DNA of 63,770 bases, counting the filler, from Collodictyon triciliatum (taxonomy: Eukaryota), in assembly GCA_043381765.1 (NCBI GenBank). It is 6 parts of 6 records of this genome, joined end to end, with 100 filler letters (N's around TTAATTAATTAA, not from the genome) between each part and the next. Parts side by side here need not be neighbours in the genome. Positions count along the whole stretch, not along the records: positions 45,180 to 56,351 come from JBHJMP010002465.1; positions 56,452 to 63,770 come from JBHJMP010002515.1; 4 more parts are not named here. One strand, written 5' to 3'. The notes beneath the pieces were generated by a model that was not told the origin of the DNA, ran no database searches, and saw nothing but the letters and a program-made list of their open reading frames with translations. Shown piece by piece: positions 55,409 to 63,770 of this stretch (position 1 is the first letter of the stretch; the number at the start of each line of letters is the position of its first letter). Both the position numbers and the translations under genes were made by a program.

Positions 55409-56213
55409 ATGGCCACCTTCTTCTCGCCCATCACAGCAAACGTGGAAAAGATCCAATACACCCCCGATGACATTCCGCTTGTCGAATTCCTCGACTGTTG
55501 CAGTCAGATCGTGACGTTTGTTGGTTCGTTATGAAAAATGGTTTAAACCCCAAACATGCTCCGTGCATATACTACGCCTGTCTACTTTTTCCTCTCAATT
55601 TCGATAATCCGAAAGACGAACTTCCCGTAGTGTCATAATTGATGTTACTGTCTGTATGCGTGCCTTAGATGTCCTCGGTCCGACCACTTTTGCCATGGTT
55701 CGTGCGGACATGAACGGAAACATAGAGGTGCTGATATCAATACATCATGCTAAAGCTATTCCACTCTTTTTTTTTTTTTAAAAAAAAAAATCAACCCCGA
55801 AGGAATGAAATGATTCGAATCGTAATTTTCAACCAGGATCAATTATTTTCTTGCGTTTGTTCAATAAAAATAAACTATTCGCGTATATACGACTTTATCA
55901 AAGTGCATATTACTGTCATACCATTGCAAATCGGTGATGCTTGATGGCCGCCTATAAATCCGTTACTTTTATATCCCACTAACTAATTGCTTATGTGGCC
56001 TCATACTATTAACAATTCATCATTATTTTTTCAGCAAATATGGAAACCTTAATGAAATTAAAAGATTCATAATAATTAACAGAAACTGAGACGACACCAA
56101 GCCAGTAATCCGACACAATTTACCACTATCCAAAATCTCATCCAAAGCGAAATCACAAACAAGACGACTAAAGTCAGCGGGTCAGCTACGGATGCACTTC
56201 TCTGGTTGAAGAG
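55409..56213 (+). CDS. GLTP: Glycolipid transfer protein (3' truncated by contig end)
   Basis: MATFFS...IPLVEFLDCCSQIVTFV / DVLGPTTFAMVRADMNGNIE / KLR...SATDALLWLKR are the GLTP signature motifs (DxxGN, ATxALLWLKR). Confidence 0.9.
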
Positions 56214-56242
56214 GTTGTTCATGGAAAATAATGATGAAAAGG

Positions 56243-56351
56243 AATCATAATAATCATAATCATAATCATAATCATAATCATAATCATAATCATAATCATA
56301 ATCATAATCATAATCATAATCATAATCATAATCATAATCATAATCATAATC
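56243..56351. repeat. (ATAATC)n microsatellite at contig end
   Basis: Perfect hexamer repeat. Confidence 0.95.
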
Positions 56352-56451
56352 NNNNNNNNNNNNNNNNNNNNNNNNNNNNNNNNNNNNNNNNNNNNTTAAT
56401 TAATTAANNNNNNNNNNNNNNNNNNNNNNNNNNNNNNNNNNNNNNNNNNNN
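56352..56451. other. Artificial contig spacer
   Basis: TTAATTAATTAA at 56396-56407. Confidence 0.97.
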
Positions 56452-56514
56452 TTTTTTAAAGTTTATTTTTCTCCCAAATAAGATTAAAAAAAAAATTTCC
56501 CCACTCTCTCAAAC

Positions 56515-56555
<41 letters not shown>

Positions 56556-56566
56556 ATTTTCTTCAG

Positions 56567-59500
56567 GTCTTACAGTATAATCACCAACAGCCAAGTTCTG
56601 GACCAGGGCCTGGTCAAAAGATTCTGTTCTGCTTTTAGCAAAATCACCGAAACACCTTCATCGAAGGCGAGCTCTGCACAAGCGTCACCACAAGCATCAC
56701 CACAAGCATCACCGCAAGTATCACCTCAGGCATCACCGCGAATATCTCCGCAATCGTCTCCACAATCGTCTCCACAATCATCTCCGCATGCATCGCCACA
56801 AAACCTATCACAACCCTTGGTTACTTCCTCGTTATCCGCGACACAAAGCATACCATCACAAACCCAACCAAAGAAATCACCAGTCAACTCTCCAGTCTCA
56901 TCGCCGCCATACCAGAGCAAGTATCAACAACCGATACCAACGCCCTCTAATACCTTACAGACTGGCTCAACAATATCTTCTCCCACTGATGTAATGACTG
57001 ATGTGTTTCCGGAATCAAAGGCTGAGCGAGGAGCTATTTCACCAAACAAAAATTCTGATAATTCTGTGCCGATCAGCCCAAATGCCGCCGCAGATTCTGC
57101 GTCCACAGTCTTCAAGAAAGGCTCAGTATCGCCAGCCCATATGCCAAATGCAACCACTCAACCAGCCTCTATTCCTTCTCCACTCTCAGAGGAGCCCGCA
57201 TCATCAAATTTTCAGCAAACCGTTTCTCCGACTCTCTTTAATCGGTTCAAGAGGGAACTAGACAGTTCTACACCAAAATCCAAGGGTTCTGTTCACTAAT
57301 TTTTTTTCATCTTCAATACTTATGACCGTACAAATGATTGCTTTTGGAAAAAAAAACATCAGATACAAACAATGCATCATTTTTATTCTTCTAGTTGTGT
57401 CCTATAGTGTATTGTTTGTACTAAACTTATGGTTATATCGGTCAAATTTATGTGCGAATTACTTGTGATTTACCTTCCTTCAGCCTTGGAGTAAGCCGTT
57501 GCCTTGCATACTAATATATATGAAAAATTTACACAACCTCCAAAAATCGAAAACATTCTGAATTCATCTTTTCTAATATATATAGTCTCCCGACTTTGTT
57601 TGGTAATTCCATCACAGGATTGGGCAAGACTACGACAAGCAAAGGAAATTTCATAATTGTCTTCAACCTTATGACGATATGTGACATCTTAATAGACCTG
57701 GTTATTTTTTTAAATATTATTTCACTCCTTGTGTCACTTATATTTGTGTCTCTCTTATTGTTTATCAATTCATTTATAGTATTGATATTGATAAAGAAAT
57801 TTATTGGTTGACAATTGGGGATTCTTACGCGTGTATGACAAGCGGACTTTTATCATGATGTATCATTTCTGCACTTATATTGATTCGAAGTAGCATATAA
57901 TTATATACATATATCATTTTAGGCTGAAAAAACTCCGAAGGAAGACATGGTCACCATCACTCGTGAGCTCGCCGCGTTAATGTGGTCACATATAATACCC
58001 ACTCTACCTGAACTGAGTGCAACACTTTTAAGCGGGGATGTTCAGAGAGATTCTCTAGATAAAAATGACAATCTATTGTACTGTTTGTTCTCACTTTTCC
58101 ACAAAAATGAAAATGAACCTGGCTCCGGTGTTGCGGGTCAATACTCCTCGCCAGTATGGAAACTCCTTCTGGCGTTGCAAGACTTTGACGCTTCAATTCG
58201 ACCTCGGCTGTTATGCTGGCTTCTGGAAAGTACTATTTACACGATTTCGAATGACATTTTGGCACAAGTGCACTTAGTTCTATAAGGAAATTAAGTTTAA
58301 ATATTTATTTTTAGATGGTTACATATATGATGTGTTTGTGTTTCATGATAATTTTTTTTTCACCCTGGTTCGGAGAAACCCCTTCGCGGACACTTTTTCT
58401 TACCTACCTTCCTCGATTTTCTATGGCCAACGTTAATATGAACATAGAGAAGGAGCCAGGTGTAAAAAACCGTCCGTATATGAACCCCTACATAGGATTG
58501 CTTGCAGAATACTCTGATATCGATAAGAATAAATTATTTGCCGATGATTTAGAGGTAATCTTGTAGTAAATGCCAACCCACTCCACCCTTTATCATGATT
58601 TTGATACATACTCATGTAAAATGTTATTTTAAAACTTCATATTCTGATTCAAAGCTCATCCAAGGCTGTAACATTCATCCATGAATAAATAGGTTGTTTT
58701 TGACAGGAGTCCAGCCCTGTTTAGCTCATTGATAAACAGATCTATAAATGAAATGCACGAGTTTGTCTTTGGGAATAGTCCCATTATTCGGATGATATGC
58801 CTCGCATGTGACCCACAGGTGTTAATAAATCATAAGATAACTCGAGCTTGTCGTCTCTTTTTTTCTTCCTTTTTTTTTTTTAATAAAAAAAACATTTAGA
58901 GCCAGTTTAAATCATGGATCTAAAACAAATAAAACAACATGAATTCGATGTCACAGCTGCCAGTGGTCAAGCTACGACTTACTATGAATGAGACCTCACT
59001 TATCGGTCCATCCCTTAAAGCCATCGCATGTGATTATTTATCACTTCGGTGTTATTCCTGCATTACCCACATTTTTATCTTCACACATGTGATATTATAT
59101 TTTCAGTGTTTTTTTTTAAAATAAACCAATAATAATCACATACACATGATAACAGACGACAGCTTCGGGTGGGAGATTTATGCACAAAATGTTTTTTGGG
59201 AGCTGGTCCGGTGCGAAGCTTCCGAGCAGCCTTCTATGACAAACCAGATATATGACATCCTCCTCTCTCTGCCACCTGAAGAAAGTAATTCACCGAACTA
59301 TCATGAAAATATGCTATTATTGAGAACAAGTTTCCCCGTATTTTTATGCTGCCGATGGATATTTCTGTTCATATGCCAATGAGACTTTTTTTTTCTTTGA
59401 AGATAAAAGGGGGAATGCATATCGACATATTTTGAACCCCACGAAAGTCCAGCAATTAATTCTTTATCCGTACAATAGAGACATCAGCCAACTTGTCCAG

Positions 59501-60484
59501 AATATCGTTAATATTGCGAGACAAAGTTCCGCAGTGCGCGCAGATTCACCAAATTCTTTTACTTAATACCGAGAGCGTGAATTTTGCTGGATATCTACTC
59601 TACTCGTGGGCTCAAGCGAAAACCAGCGTGACGCGCGAGACAGAGGTTGCTGTGAAAGAGATATTGGGCCGGTATTTAAAAACCAAGGACAACATGGACT
59701 CCGTTGTTGTATGTCTTCGGAATTTGAGCTACTTGAAGGACCTGCTGAAAAGGAAATCCGAATATGTCCTTTTGAGCAGTATTACAATTATCTCAATTTA
59801 TCTGAATATCATGAAATATATTTATTTATTAAATAAGCAAGAATTTGTAAATTTGTATCAAAAAATGGTTTATCTTGAGCGTAATCATAATATATCTAGA
59901 TTGTTTATCAAACTTAGAAAGACTGTTGCTTCACTGCTGCTCTTATGAGCTAGCAATTGATTTCATGAGTGTTGTGAATATTGACTATTTCTCTCTATCA
60001 ACCATCAGAATTTTTGAGTCCAGATACATCACAGTTGGTTAAACAAACTCAAGAAAGCAATAGCAGTCTGTTTGGTTTTGCAGATGCACTTTCGTGTGAC
60101 CCAAGTCTCGGTAGTCCGAAATACATGTTCATCTTTTCGCGCTTCAAAATAGAAGCCATGAGTTATGTTTGTTTCCTTTTCATATTTTAATCGTTATCGT
60201 ACGCCTTGTTTGCAATTAACTCTTGATTTCTCTATTATTACTTGATTCTTTTTTTTTTTCTTGATGCACAGAGATCGACGATTTTTTTGACGGTTCTGCA
60301 GTAAACTCGGTTGGTTGTATTGCGGCATAATACATATTTGTGCCTCTGAATATTGTTGCACAGTCTGCACTAATTACATCTACAACTCAGTCGATGCTCA
60401 CTTTTCCATATTTCTTTGATACAGGATGAGATTGCGACCAAATCGCCTGAACCGACCCTGAAAAGATTGAAGCGCTCTTCGTAG
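56567..60484 (+). CDS. INTS3: Integrator complex subunit 3 (SOSS-A), C-terminal half preceded by an S/P/Q-rich linker (5' truncated)
   Basis: LLYCLFSLF, LLALQDFDASIRPRLLCWL, IIRMICLACDPQ, DSFGWEIYAQNVFWELV and NFAGYLLYSWA align in order with the INTS3 C-terminal motifs (SLDWETFEQxxxWQL, QFTTSILRHW). Ends ...LKRLKRSS*. Confidence 0.72.
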
Positions 60485-60890
60485 CCGGGGCGATTTGACC
60501 ACCACAGTTGCGATTCATTGTTCGTTTTTTGTTTTTTGGTCTTTGAACTTCTTCGACTTTTTTCTTCTTCTACACACAACGACATAAACTATTTTTCAAA
60601 AAAGAAAAAAAAGATATTTCATGAGCCGTTTGTCAAAATACGAAAGAAAAATGAATCGGTTTTCAGTGCGTGCAAATGTGTAGCGAATTAATATGTCTCA
60701 TGTCCCGTTCTCGTGGACAAGCGTCAGCATGGTACGCATCATTCATTATAAAGTTGAAAATTTAGGAAAATGCAGTATTTTTTTTTATTTTATGTTCGTA
60801 GTGTTTTAGCAAAGTCAACGAATGTATACTTTCATGGAAGGATTGTGTGGATTGAACAAAGTTTTGAACGAAATCACTGATAGCACCCAT

Positions 60891-63205
<2,315 letters not shown>

Positions 63206-63646
63206 CGGGTGTGCGAGAAGAACTGCTTTTGGGGTTGAGTCTTGTTGAGAGGTTGTCGAGAAAAAAAAAGAAGAAAAAAAGATTCCTCCTCTTGTGAGGA
63301 TAGAGTGCAACTCATGGCGCTGCGTTGCTTTGCCCAAGAAAAAAAAGGGTGCGGTTTAATGCTTGGTCATGACGTTCAGGGGGTTCGGCTGTTGCAGAGA
63401 GGATACGGGCTGGCACTGCTGACAAAACATTGGGCGAGCTTATCCTTGGCGTCGTTTATTATTGTACTAAGGGACATTATTATGGATGAATAGAATAGAA
63501 GAATTTATTTCATTTGGACGTGTGGGTGGACTGGCTCAGATTTAGATGGGCTCACGCTTCCAAAAAATGTCTCATGCAGTTGGTTGGTTTTGAATAATAG
63601 GCAACCTCCAACCGGACGAAGAAATGAATTCTTCCAGACACAGAAT

Positions 63647-63770
63647 GATCAAAAGATCAAAAGATCAAAAGACCAAAAGACCAAAAGACCAAAAGACCAA
63701 AAGACCAAAAGACCAAAAGACCAAAAGACCAAAAGACCAAAAGACCAAAAGACCAAAAGACCAAAAGACC
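63647..63770. repeat. (GAYCAAAA)n 8-mer tandem repeat running off the window
   Basis: Three GATCAAAA units, then GACCAAAA units. Confidence 0.95.

Noticed and set aside
63647-63770. (GACCAAAA)n as a telomere
   Set aside because: It is cut by the window edge rather than a contig end (neighbouring contigs are about 11.2 kb), and similar microsatellites are common here.

Overview
Eukaryotic, AT-rich, intron-dense genomic DNA, probably from a protist, read with the standard genetic code (TAA, TAG and TGA all end genes) and GT-AG introns. The window is not one locus. Six assembly pieces (1-11195, 11296-22495, 22596-33787, 33888-45079, 45180-56351, 56452-end) are joined by artificial 44N-TTAATTAATTAA-44N spacers. 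Recognisable spliced genes: an AMN1-like LRR protein, SSR3/TRAP-gamma, eIF3m, a PTEN-C2-WD40 fusion, a NIPA-type Mg2+ transporter, a DYRK kinase fragment, an EF-hand protein fragment, myosin I, GLTP, INTS3 and PCMT1. There are also several hypothetical proteins. Piece 4 is an accessory island with two paralogous GT61/DUF563 glycosyltransferases (one frameshifted) among decayed non-LTR retrotransposons of two related families. The most notable observations are the PTEN+WD40 architecture, the retroelement-bracketed GT61 pair, an SPQ tandem repeat inside INTS3 and a tandemly duplicated membrane domain. All homology calls are from motif recognition by eye; no searches were run.
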